In this document: piece by piece, positions 30,769 to 39,931 of the stretch
How the letters are laid out: every line of letters starts with the position of its first letter
Numbering within the stretch: position 1 is the stretch's first letter
Source: Escherichia phage vB_EcoS_ESCO30
DNA length: 64,000 nt
Reading direction: 5' to 3' (one strand)
Sequence record: NC_106513.1
Notes under the pieces: model-generated
What the model was told of the DNA's origin: nothing
Database searches by the model: none
Seen by the model: the letters and a program-made list of their open reading frames with translations, nothing else
Program-made: the position numbers and the translations under genes

Positions 30769-31197
30769 TTAGGCAGTTAAACCAGGAATCTGATAACCAA
30801 AACGACGAAGTTTCTGGATACCATCATTTACCTCTTCCGGCGAGTAAGACCAACCGTAGTGTTCATTAACTTGAAAGCCCGGAGATTCACTGGTTTTATA
30901 ATTAACAACAATACGGTGTTTATTGGGCATAAATAGCTTATAGTTTAATGCAAAAACCAATCCCATTTCATCCAGCTCTTTCCATCCGACAATCTCTTCA
31001 AGACCATCCTCTACCTGCACAATTAAACCAATACAGGGAGCCTCTTCAATCTCACCTTTAAAAGCAAAGGAGATTTCATTATTCTCACACCATATTTTCA
31101 GAGCATTAATAGCCTCGTTGTACAGGTTGGCTGGAAGAGTACGCCAAAAATTAACCAATATTGGGTTAGCTTCTTTAGAAAATACATTATTGAACAT
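30769..31197 (-). CDS. hypothetical protein (paralog B of tandem pair)
   Basis: 142 aa; same motif pattern as 30367-30759. Confidence 0.5.
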   Translation of the reverse strand: MFNNVFSKEANPILVNFWRTLPANLYNEAINALKIWCENNEISFAFKGEIEEAPCIGLIVQVEDGLEEIVGWKELDEMGLVFALNYKLFMPNKHRIVVNYKTSESPGFQVNEHYGWSYSPEEVNDGIQKLRRFGYQIPGLTA

Positions 31198-31199
31198 AT

Positions 31200-31706
31200 T
31201 TACACCTTAAATTGTTGTAGGGCTTTACACATTTCAAGATCTGGACTAAATTCTAACATATAGCTAACAGCTCTTAAATCTTGAAGATTTATTCCAGTCC
31301 TACCGTTGACTATAACCGTTGGATACTGATACATCATAGCACCCGCATCATCAAGCACACACCAATGTTTGAGCTTATGCTTTTCAACGAAACGAAGAAC
31401 AGAATTACCCCTAGATAATCCACCCCCAGTAAAATCCGTTGTACCAAGAAAACGATCGATAAGACCTAATCCGGTCATAATCTGAACGTTCTCCATCTCA
31501 TTTCTGACAGAGAACCAAGATGATACTCCAACAATCATTATCGGAGAAGGACGAATAAAGTCCTGAAAAGCCTTGAGAAGCGGTTTAAAAACCCAGTCAC
31601 TTCCAAAGAAAATCTTTTCATCATCAGGTGCATGGTGATGAGAGATGCTCGAGTTGAGTACCCCATCAATATCTAGAAAAATAATTGGAGTATTACTTAT
31701 TTCCAT
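31200..31706 (-). CDS. HAD-superfamily hydrolase (possible 5'-deoxynucleotidase)
   Basis: IIFLDIDGVLN motif I of HAD phosphatases; later VLDD acidic motif. Confidence 0.55.
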   Translation of the reverse strand: MEISNTPIIFLDIDGVLNSSISHHHAPDDEKIFFGSDWVFKPLLKAFQDFIRPSPIMIVGVSSWFSVRNEMENVQIMTGLGLIDRFLGTTDFTGGGLSRGNSVLRFVEKHKLKHWCVLDDAGAMMYQYPTVIVNGRTGINLQDLRAVSYMLEFSPDLEMCKALQQFKV

Positions 31707-31875
31707 TTTTGTCCCTTTCTAAGAACGTATCATACTCAACCGTATCAACATATATGACACCATAGTCATCAGATTTATAGTCCATTTCCCATAGCTCACA
31801 TCGATAACACCAACTACCATCCGCCCATACAAATATATCATCGGGATGTGTATATACAGATTTAACTATGGACAT
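31693..31875 (-). CDS. hypothetical protein
   Basis: 60 aa ORF overlapping neighbours by a few codons (translational coupling). Confidence 0.3.
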   Translation of the reverse strand: MSIVKSVYTHPDDIFVWADGSWCYRCELWEMDYKSDDYGVIYVDTVEYDTFLERDKNGNK

Positions 31876-32698
31876 ATCTGTTTCCCCTCATCTCCGGTAC
31901 ATAAGGTCTACCCTCTAGATGGGCTTCTACACGAGCAATAAAATCAGGGTCACTGAAAGCATCTACCGCACCTTTACTCCAGTAAGGGATACCGCGTTCT
32001 TCCAACTGGTACATCTCACTACGAGTCATACCTTGATAGCCTGGTTCCGCCGCTAGGGCACTATCGTAGTAGTTAACTACCATAAGTTTCGCAGCAGTAC
32101 GATTAAGAGTAGGAAATAGTTCCCAGTAGAAGTTAATTACTTGGTTAGAGCAACCAACTACAACGATCATATCTTGACTGGTAATACCATCAAAAATATT
32201 GTACATTTCTGCGTACGCTGGAGCATGCTCACCAAAGAAGATTACATTAGGTTTAACCCATTTATAATCATCTGGGTCAATAGAGTTATACCCAACATCA
32301 ATAACTCGTTTATTACTACTATTGTAGCTGTCAGCTACAACAACCTCTTTTAAATATCCGTGAATGTGCAGAATGTCACTATGTGGAACACCAGCACGCT
32401 CAATAAGATCATCAACGTTAGTAGTCAAATTTACTACTTGACCCGGATATTTCTTATACCATTCACCAATACGCAGGTGTGCAAGATTGGGTTCAACAGT
32501 TTCTAACTCTTCACGACGTTTGTTGTAAAACGTGTGGGTTTTATGATAAAAATTACCACGAAAGGCATGAATATTACATATCTCTTCTAAGTCATAATCA
32601 TCCCACAATGCTTTACCACTAGCAGTATCAGTACGGAAGGCTCGTACACCACTTTCAACACTCAAACCTGCACCGCTAATAATAATTAATCTACGCAT
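31862..32698 (-). CDS. Sir2-like (sirtuin-family) protein lacking zinc-ribbon cysteines
   Basis: GAGLSVESGVRAFR matches sirtuin NAD-binding motif GAGxSxxSGIPxFR; catalytic HG (HIHGYL); no CxxC pairs. Confidence 0.6.
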   Translation of the reverse strand: MRRLIIISGAGLSVESGVRAFRTDTASGKALWDDYDLEEICNIHAFRGNFYHKTHTFYNKRREELETVEPNLAHLRIGEWYKKYPGQVVNLTTNVDDLIERAGVPHSDILHIHGYLKEVVVADSYNSSNKRVIDVGYNSIDPDDYKWVKPNVIFFGEHAPAYAEMYNIFDGITSQDMIVVVGCSNQVINFYWELFPTLNRTAAKLMVVNYYDSALAAEPGYQGMTRSEMYQLEERGIPYWSKGAVDAFSDPDFIARVEAHLEGRPYVPEMRGNRYVHS

Positions 32699-32912
32699 TT
32701 TTCACCTGTTCTCTGAAGTTTTTACTAAGGTTATGGAGTATATCAGATACTTCTGGATGGGCTTTCCCAACTACAGAATTAGCCATAATATCCATTATTT
32801 TTGCACAAGATTCAACCCCATCCTTATACCCAGCCTCCCACTGCTGCATCAATGCATTTTCCAGCGCAGCATTTAAGCCGTTATCGGGTAGCATCGGCTT
32901 CGAGAATGCCAT
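32691..32912 (-). CDS. hypothetical protein
   Basis: 73 aa ORF. Confidence 0.35.
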   Translation of the reverse strand: MAFSKPMLPDNGLNAALENALMQQWEAGYKDGVESCAKIMDIMANSVVGKAHPEVSDILHNLSKNFREQVKNA

Positions 32913-33084
32913 AAAGTTTCTCCTCTAGTTCCATAATACGACTTTCATAAGAAGCACGCAACTTTTCAATTGCTAGCGCACGCACCATAACCTCATTAGA
33001 GTTAATAGCTAATTGAGCTAGCTCTTCAGTTTCCATACGTCCGTTATAGATTAAGCGATATTTAAGGTGTTTTACGTTTTTCAT
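32881..33084 (-). CDS. hypothetical protein
   Basis: 67 aa ORF. Confidence 0.3.
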   Translation of the reverse strand: MKNVKHLKYRLIYNGRMETEELAQLAINSNEVMVRALAIEKLRASYESRIMELEEKLYGILEADATR

Positions 33085-33293
33085 TCTATGTCCTCAAACA
33101 ATTCAATTTCTGCATTTGCAATTAAAAGAGCTGGTTCCGATAAGCATATGCCTGATCTAGGGTCAATCTTCTCCTTATCCATCCAAGTATTTATTAAGCA
33201 AAATTTAGTAACATCTTCTCTTAGAATAGATCCATATGCTCCTGAGTCCATAACAAAATAGATACGATCTTTATCTACCTTATGAATCCTCAT
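33081..33293 (-). CDS. hypothetical protein
   Basis: 70 aa ORF directly downstream of conserved promoter/leader. Confidence 0.4.
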   Translation of the reverse strand: MRIHKVDKDRIYFVMDSGAYGSILREDVTKFCLINTWMDKEKIDPRSGICLSEPALLIANAEIELFEDIE

Positions 33294-33321
33294 ATCTTTC
33301 TCCTCTCAAATTTATAAATCT

Positions 33322-33350
33322 ATTATACATATATTTTTAGCTGAAAGCAA
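33322..33350 (-). promoter_or_regulatory. sigma70-like early promoter
   Basis: Minus strand TTGCTT-17-TATAAT plus conserved leader. Confidence 0.5.
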
Positions 33351-33392
33351 ATAAAATAAAAGCCAGGTCGACTAGCAACCTGGCTGATTATC

Positions 33393-35219
33393 TTACTTAA
33401 GATTTAAGTGTTTTACTCTACCAAGCACTTCTTTTTGTTTCCCAGAATTGAAAGGCCTACTGCCCGGGGATCCCAGGTACCCGCAAACCCTACGTGTAAC
33501 CTCTATTTCTTCAGACCCACAACTTGGACATACAAACCCACGCTCAGAGGCAATAGATTCACCCATATATCCGCAGTTGAAACACTCGTCAATCGGTATA
33601 TTAACACCGATATAATGGCTACACTCTAGTCCCTTATCTACTACGTATTCAAGAGCTTTATGGAATTTTTTCATTTGTGGTAATTCCACAAACGATATAT
33701 TACCCCCATTAGCTATTTTGGTAAAATGAGCTTCGTACTCAAATTTAGTATCTGGGGCTACCTTCTCTCTTACGTCCAAATGGTGACTATTAGTAAGATA
33801 GCCTTTGTCTGTTAACCAAGAATACTCTGGGAATCTACGTTCTAGTAATTTATTAAAACGATTACATAGAGACTCACTAGGAGTAGCGTATAAGCTAAAT
33901 CCAAGATTAGTCTCATTAGCTTTAACTTCGCAACGATTTTTTAAGTGAGTGAGAACTTCCTCTGTAAATTCAATACAGTCCCTATGAGTCTGTGGTAAAC
34001 TAAACATTATTTGGCACATCTCATAGACTCCAATATACCCAAGAGATACAGAAGATCTACCCTCAAAAATAGGCCATACATATTCTTCCCCCTCTAAACG
34101 TACACCAAAACCACCGTGCATATAAAGAATAGGGGCTTGTTTAGCCTTCACTTTCTTAAGTCTATCCAAGAAAAAATCATGAGCTTCAAAAGCCTCATCC
34201 ACATATTTGTCCAGAATATCCCAGAAATCTTCAAAAACCCCATCTGCCTCAGCAGCAACCATAGGTAGATTAATAGACACTACACCTAAATTATTGCGCC
34301 CTGCAATTTCTCCGGAGGGGATAGCAGATAAAAAGCTACGACAACCCATAGGGGCTTTAAAATCACCAGTAACAGCTACAACTTTCTCATAGCTTAAATA
34401 GTCTGGGTACATACGGGTAGCAGAACACTCAAGTGCTAGCTGTTTTATATCGTAGTTAGGATCGCCTGGATTTTTATTTAACCCTTCTTTAACTGAGAAT
34501 ACTAGTTTAGGGAAGATAGGGGTTGACTCAGCAGCACCTAAACCTTTAATACGATTTTGGAGGATGGCTTTCTGAATCATCCTTTCCTCCCACTCCTGAC
34601 CTAATCCAAAGCCAAGCGTAACAAAAGGGGTCTGCCCATTAGAGTTAAATAATGAATTAGTTTCATACTCTAGAGCTTGGAATGCATCATAACACTCTTT
34701 TTCAGTAAGCTCAGTGGCATACACAGCAGCTTTTCTTTCATCCTTGAGCCAACGTAGCCCACGACCCAGATGTTTATTGTAAGACTTTCTGACATACGGG
34801 GCTAGAACCTCGTCGATACGATCAATAGAGGTGCCACCATACTGAGCACCAGATACTTGGGCAATAATCTGAGCAGTGATTGCACATGCAGTAGTTATGG
34901 ATTTAGGAGTTTCAATATTTGCATTACCAATTTTAGTACCATTCTTCAGCATGCCACCAAGGTCTACTAAGCAACAGTTAGTGTACCCCTGCGCCCTGTA
35001 ATCCATATCATGAATGTGTATCTTACCTAGATTATGGGCGTCTAATAGATGTTTGGGTAATTCCTGCGATACTAAATACTTGTTGATTTCTCCGGCCAAT
35101 AAGTCTCTTTGAGTATGGAACATCTCACTAGGCTTATTAGCATTATTATGTTGTAAGTCTTTATCCGCAGTTAGAGTGAGCAGACCTTTGCAATTCTCAA
35201 TTAATTCATTCTCTGTCAT
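33393..35219 (-). CDS. nrdD: anaerobic ribonucleoside-triphosphate reductase (class III)
   Basis: 608 aa; C-terminal zinc site CxxC...CPxC and glycyl radical motif RVCGYLG. Confidence 0.85.
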   Translation of the reverse strand: MTENELIENCKGLLTLTADKDLQHNNANKPSEMFHTQRDLLAGEINKYLVSQELPKHLLDAHNLGKIHIHDMDYRAQGYTNCCLVDLGGMLKNGTKIGNANIETPKSITTACAITAQIIAQVSGAQYGGTSIDRIDEVLAPYVRKSYNKHLGRGLRWLKDERKAAVYATELTEKECYDAFQALEYETNSLFNSNGQTPFVTLGFGLGQEWEERMIQKAILQNRIKGLGAAESTPIFPKLVFSVKEGLNKNPGDPNYDIKQLALECSATRMYPDYLSYEKVVAVTGDFKAPMGCRSFLSAIPSGEIAGRNNLGVVSINLPMVAAEADGVFEDFWDILDKYVDEAFEAHDFFLDRLKKVKAKQAPILYMHGGFGVRLEGEEYVWPIFEGRSSVSLGYIGVYEMCQIMFSLPQTHRDCIEFTEEVLTHLKNRCEVKANETNLGFSLYATPSESLCNRFNKLLERRFPEYSWLTDKGYLTNSHHLDVREKVAPDTKFEYEAHFTKIANGGNISFVELPQMKKFHKALEYVVDKGLECSHYIGVNIPIDECFNCGYMGESIASERGFVCPSCGSEEIEVTRRVCGYLGSPGSRPFNSGKQKEVLGRVKHLNLK

Positions 35220-36111
35220 TGATTATTTCCTCGATAAACTTTATAGCTACTTTTGGTTCAATATTGAAGAATTCCGTAGCGCCGTCAAAATCTTTGTACT
35301 GGCAATTCTGCTCTTTAAAGTAGTTATGGGCTAATTTTTCTATTCGAACTGCACTACTATATTCTCCAATTTCAAATACTTTAATTATTTCCAAATCAGT
35401 AAGGTGGCTACTAGATCTAATTTGTAGAAGCCTACGCTCTGGGTTGTTAGATCTACCTATTTTAACCCCATGTGAGGGGCTATGCATAATATATATCCTA
35501 GTACTTTCTAAATCTCTATAATTACAGTAAGGACAACCGTTCCCTCTTAATACAGATCCTGGAGTAGCTTCCCACCTATGCCCTGCACCACAAAGAAAGG
35601 CGGTCTTAGTATTCGCGTTACTATACTCACCCACTATTCTGATATTTCTGGCAGCAAGACGATCATTTATAGTATTAACACTAAGTTTTTGTTTATTAGT
35701 AGCACAAGATGGGCAGCCACTACCTCTATTAATTATACTATTAAGTGTAGTAGCCCACTCATGACCACAAACACACCTAAATTTAGTATTTATATCGGCA
35801 CTATTTTTATAGCCGTTCAACAATGTAATACCTCTGTCCTGTAATACAGTATTAATTCTATCAATATCTAGTTTACGGCTACTAATAGAGCAAGTAGGAC
35901 AATTGGTCTTTCCATTCCTAATAGCGTCAAATTTAGCTGTCCATTGGTGACCGTATTCACACTGATACGTATGCCTATACCTAGAATTTTGATATGGCTT
36001 ATCCACCATAGTAAAACCACGCTCGGCTAGGCATTTATCTACTTCTTCTTGAGTTAATTTTTTCGGCATTCCACTTCTCCACAGAATTTTTACGGCATTC
36101 CACTTCTCCAC
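35206..36111 (-). CDS. T5orf172-domain protein with three zinc-ribbon repeats
   Basis: Three CxxGHxW...CPxC repeats, then ...VKIGRSNNPERRLLQIR... T5orf172-type motif; true start probably the internal Met (MPKKL). Confidence 0.6.
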   Translation of the reverse strand: MEKWNAVKILWRSGMPKKLTQEEVDKCLAERGFTMVDKPYQNSRYRHTYQCEYGHQWTAKFDAIRNGKTNCPTCSISSRKLDIDRINTVLQDRGITLLNGYKNSADINTKFRCVCGHEWATTLNSIINRGSGCPSCATNKQKLSVNTINDRLAARNIRIVGEYSNANTKTAFLCGAGHRWEATPGSVLRGNGCPYCNYRDLESTRIYIMHSPSHGVKIGRSNNPERRLLQIRSSSHLTDLEIIKVFEIGEYSSAVRIEKLAHNYFKEQNCQYKDFDGATEFFNIEPKVAIKFIEEIINDRE

Positions 36112-36123
36112 AGAATTTTTACA
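36064..36123. repeat. perfect 30-bp tandem direct repeat (2 copies)
   Basis: CGGCATTCCACTTCTCCACAGAATTTTTAC occurs twice back to back. Confidence 0.9.
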
Positions 36124-36292
36124 CCTATTATACTAAACATTATCCACTATGTCAATTAAAATTTTCTTTCGTCATCTAATACTGTAATATTTCGCATATA
36201 AATAAATGATTATCTAGTATCATATTTCTACCTTTATAAGCAAGTAAATTTTTTACTTAAAAGCAATATCATAGGTTTATTTAAAATTATAC

Positions 36293-36321
36293 TTGCTTTT
36301 TGCTGTAAACCTTGTTATAAT
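36293..36321 (+). promoter_or_regulatory. sigma70-like early promoter (TTGCTT-17-TATAAT)
   Basis: Consensus hexamers with AT-rich upstream region, upstream of phoH. Confidence 0.5.
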
Positions 36322-36397
36322 ATATTTGTAAGTTGATAAACAAGATCTCTTTGTTGATCCTCTGTTAGAAGCGAAGTACACTATAGGAGTGTTATTT

Positions 36398-37150
36398 ATG
36401 GGAAAAGCACGTCAAAAAAGAGAGAACCGCAATGGTTCAAGAAAGCGTGGCAACAAATATGAGAATAACGTAATTCAGGCTGATTTTTCTAATGATTACG
36501 CTAATCCAGTTGCTAAATCCCTAGTAGGTAAAAACCGCGAGCAAAAATCATATATCAATATGATCAAGAACAACACAGTGACTGTGGGTATTGGTGAGCC
36601 AGGTACAGGTAAAACCTTTATTCCGTCTGTTCTTGCAGCTCAGGAACTCGTAGACATTCACTCAGATATTGAGCAAGTGATCCTCGTACGTCCTAATGAA
36701 CCTCTAGGTAAGTCTCTTGGTATGCTTCCTGGTGATCTAGCGGAAAAGCTAGAGCCTTGGTTAGAGCCAATAGCTGATGGTATGAAATGGGCCATCGGTG
36801 ATCATGCCTATAAGGGATATGTCGAACGTCAGAAAATTAAATTTTTGGCTATAGAACATGCTCGTGGCAGAACTTTCAACAACTCCTATGTAATTGTCGA
36901 TGAAGCTCAGAATATTTCCGTTGAGGCAATGGTTTGTCTCCTAACTCGTGTAGGACAAGACTGCCGTTTAATTATCTGCGGAGATATAGCTCAGAAAGAC
37001 ATTAAAGGTGACTCAGGTCTAGCACTACTTATGGAAGTCTATGAGAAATACGAAAATGCCCCATTCTCAATGATCGAATTGATTGATAACGTTCGTTCTG
37101 TTGAGTCTAAAGCATTCTATGATATTTTTAAAGACATGGGGAAGGTGTAA
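36398..37150 (+). CDS. phoH: PhoH-like ATPase
   Basis: Walker A GEPGTGKTF, Walker B VIVDEAQN; start set at ATG after TAGGAG SD. Confidence 0.8.
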   Translation: MGKARQKRENRNGSRKRGNKYENNVIQADFSNDYANPVAKSLVGKNREQKSYINMIKNNTVTVGIGEPGTGKTFIPSVLAAQELVDIHSDIEQVILVRPNEPLGKSLGMLPGDLAEKLEPWLEPIADGMKWAIGDHAYKGYVERQKIKFLAIEHARGRTFNNSYVIVDEAQNISVEAMVCLLTRVGQDCRLIICGDIAQKDIKGDSGLALLMEVYEKYENAPFSMIELIDNVRSVESKAFYDIFKDMGKV

Positions 37151-37151
37151 T

Positions 37152-37349
37152 ATGGGAAACGTCGTACATCTACACCGTAAAACTAAAATACATCGTACTT
37201 CACTGAGTGCTGCTAATATGATTACACGTAAGGAAGGGGAAGAAAGTCCTAAGACTACCCTAGCGTGGAAAATTGTAACCTCAAATCCAAATCGGCCCTT
37301 CAATTATAATGAACTAAGTACCTCAATAGATATTCTGCTGAGAACTTAA
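37152..37349 (+). CDS. hypothetical protein
   Basis: Small ORF starting 1 nt after phoH stop (MGNVVHLHRK...). Confidence 0.35.
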   Translation: MGNVVHLHRKTKIHRTSLSAANMITRKEGEESPKTTLAWKIVTSNPNRPFNYNELSTSIDILLRT

Positions 37350-37494
37350 GTGGCCAAAAACTAGACTGACAACACAGAAGGCCTGGGTATGAAAATACTC
37401 GGGCCTTTTCTATCAGAAAATTTTATTTGCCAAATGACTGAGAATAAAGTAAACTATTTCCTAAATCCCGATAACCATAAAAAAGGAAAACCAA

Positions 37495-39825
37495 ATGAGC
37501 CATCGCATTGAAAAAGTAATTAAACGTGACGGTACTGTAGAAGACTTTGCTCCTGAAAAACTCAATGGTTGGGCAGAGTATGGTTGCAAAACAGTTGATG
37601 TAAGTTGGTCAGCCATTACTATGGCTGCTCAAAAAACTCTGCCTAAAGGGGTTGTAGATTCCGATACTCTGATGGATGCGTTAATTAAAGCTGCTGAAAG
37701 TCTTATCAAAGATAATCCAGCATACGACGTACCAGCAAAGGAACTACGTCTTGCGCAGATGCGTAAACGTCTTTATGATTCCTTCGAACCACCTTCTCTA
37801 CGCTTCTTCCACGATCATATGGTTAGTGTAGGTGCATGGGAAGACATGAGTGCATGGATTACCGATGAGCAGTTTGAGGCTTTGAATCAGGTTATTGACC
37901 ATGATCGCGACCGACTTTTTACTAGTGGTGGACTGAAGCAGTTCTTTGATAAGTATTCCCGTCGTAACATAGCCACTGGTGAAATTTATGAAACTCCGCA
38001 GTTTGCCTACATGGGTATGGCAATGGCGATGCTATCTCAACCTAACTGGACAATTCTAGATGCAATCGACCTCTACAACGCAATGTCACTCCACAAAATC
38101 AACGTTCCTACGCCGCCACTGGTTGGTCTGCGCTCTAGTGACCGTGGATTTGCTAGTTGTTGCCTCGTTGATTCCACTGACACATTGGATTCAATCGACA
38201 CAGCCGAGCACATCGTCTTCAAAATGGTCGCAGCCAGAGCGGGAATCGGGTATCATCTTGAAAGCCGATCAATTGCTGATCCGGTGCGAAATGGGGCATT
38301 CCCGCATTCCGGAAAACTGCCATATTATCGACACATTGACCGCTCAGTAAAGGCCAATACTCAGCAAACTCGTGGTGGTTCTGCTACAGTGTCTTATTCA
38401 TACTTTGACCCTGAAATCATTCAATTGATGCAGGTTAAGCAGCAACGTGCTACAGATGAGAATAAAATCGATAAGATGGATTATTCTCTGAGCTTCAACA
38501 ATCTTTTGTTAAAACGTTATCTGAAAAATGAAGATATTACGCTAATGTCATACTTCTATGCTCCAGAAGTTCATGAAGCGTTTTATAGTGATGACGAGGC
38601 TAAATTTGAAGAAATCTATGTGGCAGCGGAGAAACGTGTGGCATCTCTTACAAAGATCGACCACGAAGGAAAAACAGTTCCAGCAGCTCCTAAAGTCTCT
38701 GCAAAAGAAATCCTAGATACTTGGCTACGTATCCGAATGGAAACAGGACGTATGTATGCCCACCACATCGGGGAATCTAATCGTCACGGTAACTTCCTTG
38801 ATCCGATCCGTATGACAAACCTTTGTGTTGAGATTACTCAGCCTACACGCCCGTTCCATCATATCACGGAACTGTATAAAACAAAAGAACAACTTGATCA
38901 AATGAAGCCGGAGGATATTGGTGAAGTATCTCTGTGTAACTTAGGTGGTGTTGTACTTGGACGCATGGAATCTCTGGCTGAGTGGGAAAAAACTTGCTAC
39001 ATCCTTCTGAAATTCGTTGATACAATTATCGAAATTCAGGATTATCCGTTCCCAACTATGGAATATACGGCTAAGAAACGTCGTAATGTTGGTATTGGCC
39101 TAATGAACGCAGCAGGTGCAATGGCCGCAGAAGGTCTGGCTTACGAAGGTATTGAAGCCCGTAACTGGATTCACCGTGAGGCTGAAAAACTGTCCTACTT
39201 CCTGCATAAAGCCTCTGTACGCCTAGCTAAAGAACAGGGTGCATGTGAGTGGTTTGATCGTACTAAACCATCTAAAGGAATTCTGGTAATCGACACGTAC
39301 AAGAAAACTGTTGATGAACTGGTATCCGTAGGTCTAGAAATGGATTGGGAGTCTCTACGTGCAGATATTCTGAAATATGGTATGCGTAACTCTGTTCTGA
39401 CTGCTCAGATGCCGGGAGAAAGTTCTTCTGTTCTGTTAGGTGTTACTAACTCTATCGAACCACCACGTAAGATTGTATCTATCAAGGGTAGTGCAGTAAA
39501 TAAAGTAATTGCAATTGCTCCAGGTGCAACCGATTGGGAAACGTTAATGAGCTATAAACTGGCTTATGATGTAGATCGTATCGAGTGGATCAAATGGGTA
39601 GCAACTATGCAGAAATTCTTCAGTCAGTCTATCAGTACGAATATGTACTATGACTACACCAAGTTTGAGAATGAAATCATTCCTGGCCCAGTAGTAGTTC
39701 GTGATTTCATGACTGCTGTTAAGTATGGGTGGAAAACCTTCTACTACGCAAACTTCAACACCGAAAATGGTGGGGGTGCTGGAGAAGAAGCAGCCGGTTG
39801 TGCATCCGGTGGTTGTACTATTTAA
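37495..39825 (+). CDS. nrdA: ribonucleoside-diphosphate reductase large subunit (class Ia)
   Basis: 776 aa; N-terminal ATP-cone-like segment, catalytic-core motifs, C-terminal CxxGGC...redox tail. Confidence 0.85.
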   Translation: MSHRIEKVIKRDGTVEDFAPEKLNGWAEYGCKTVDVSWSAITMAAQKTLPKGVVDSDTLMDALIKAAESLIKDNPAYDVPAKELRLAQMRKRLYDSFEPPSLRFFHDHMVSVGAWEDMSAWITDEQFEALNQVIDHDRDRLFTSGGLKQFFDKYSRRNIATGEIYETPQFAYMGMAMAMLSQPNWTILDAIDLYNAMSLHKINVPTPPLVGLRSSDRGFASCCLVDSTDTLDSIDTAEHIVFKMVAARAGIGYHLESRSIADPVRNGAFPHSGKLPYYRHIDRSVKANTQQTRGGSATVSYSYFDPEIIQLMQVKQQRATDENKIDKMDYSLSFNNLLLKRYLKNEDITLMSYFYAPEVHEAFYSDDEAKFEEIYVAAEKRVASLTKIDHEGKTVPAAPKVSAKEILDTWLRIRMETGRMYAHHIGESNRHGNFLDPIRMTNLCVEITQPTRPFHHITELYKTKEQLDQMKPEDIGEVSLCNLGGVVLGRMESLAEWEKTCYILLKFVDTIIEIQDYPFPTMEYTAKKRRNVGIGLMNAAGAMAAEGLAYEGIEARNWIHREAEKLSYFLHKASVRLAKEQGACEWFDRTKPSKGILVIDTYKKTVDELVSVGLEMDWESLRADILKYGMRNSVLTAQMPGESSSVLLGVTNSIEPPRKIVSIKGSAVNKVIAIAPGATDWETLMSYKLAYDVDRIEWIKWVATMQKFFSQSISTNMYYDYTKFENEIIPGPVVVRDFMTAVKYGWKTFYYANFNTENGGGAGEEAAGCASGGCTI

Positions 39826-39831
39826 TAAAAA

Positions 39832-39866
39832 CAAGGAGATCTTCGGGTCTCCTTTTTCTTTGAAAT
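39832..39866 (+). terminator. rho-independent terminator after nrdA
   Basis: AAGGAGA-loop-TCTCCTT hairpin followed by TTTTTCTTT. Confidence 0.6.
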
Positions 39867-39871
39867 TTTAC

Positions 39872-39900
39872 TTGCTAATCGCTATCAGATTTGCTATAAT
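39872..39900 (+). promoter_or_regulatory. sigma70-like promoter (TTGCTA-17-TATAAT) upstream of nrdB
   Basis: Consensus hexamers. Confidence 0.5.
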
Positions 39901-39931
39901 ATTCCTGAAATAGTGAGAAAGAGGAAAATCA

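Noticed and set aside
33393-36111. Search for an nrdG activase next to nrdD
   Set aside because: Neighbouring ORFs are 60-73 aa without CxxxCxxC radical-SAM motifs or a T5orf172 protein; no nrdG candidate was found in this window
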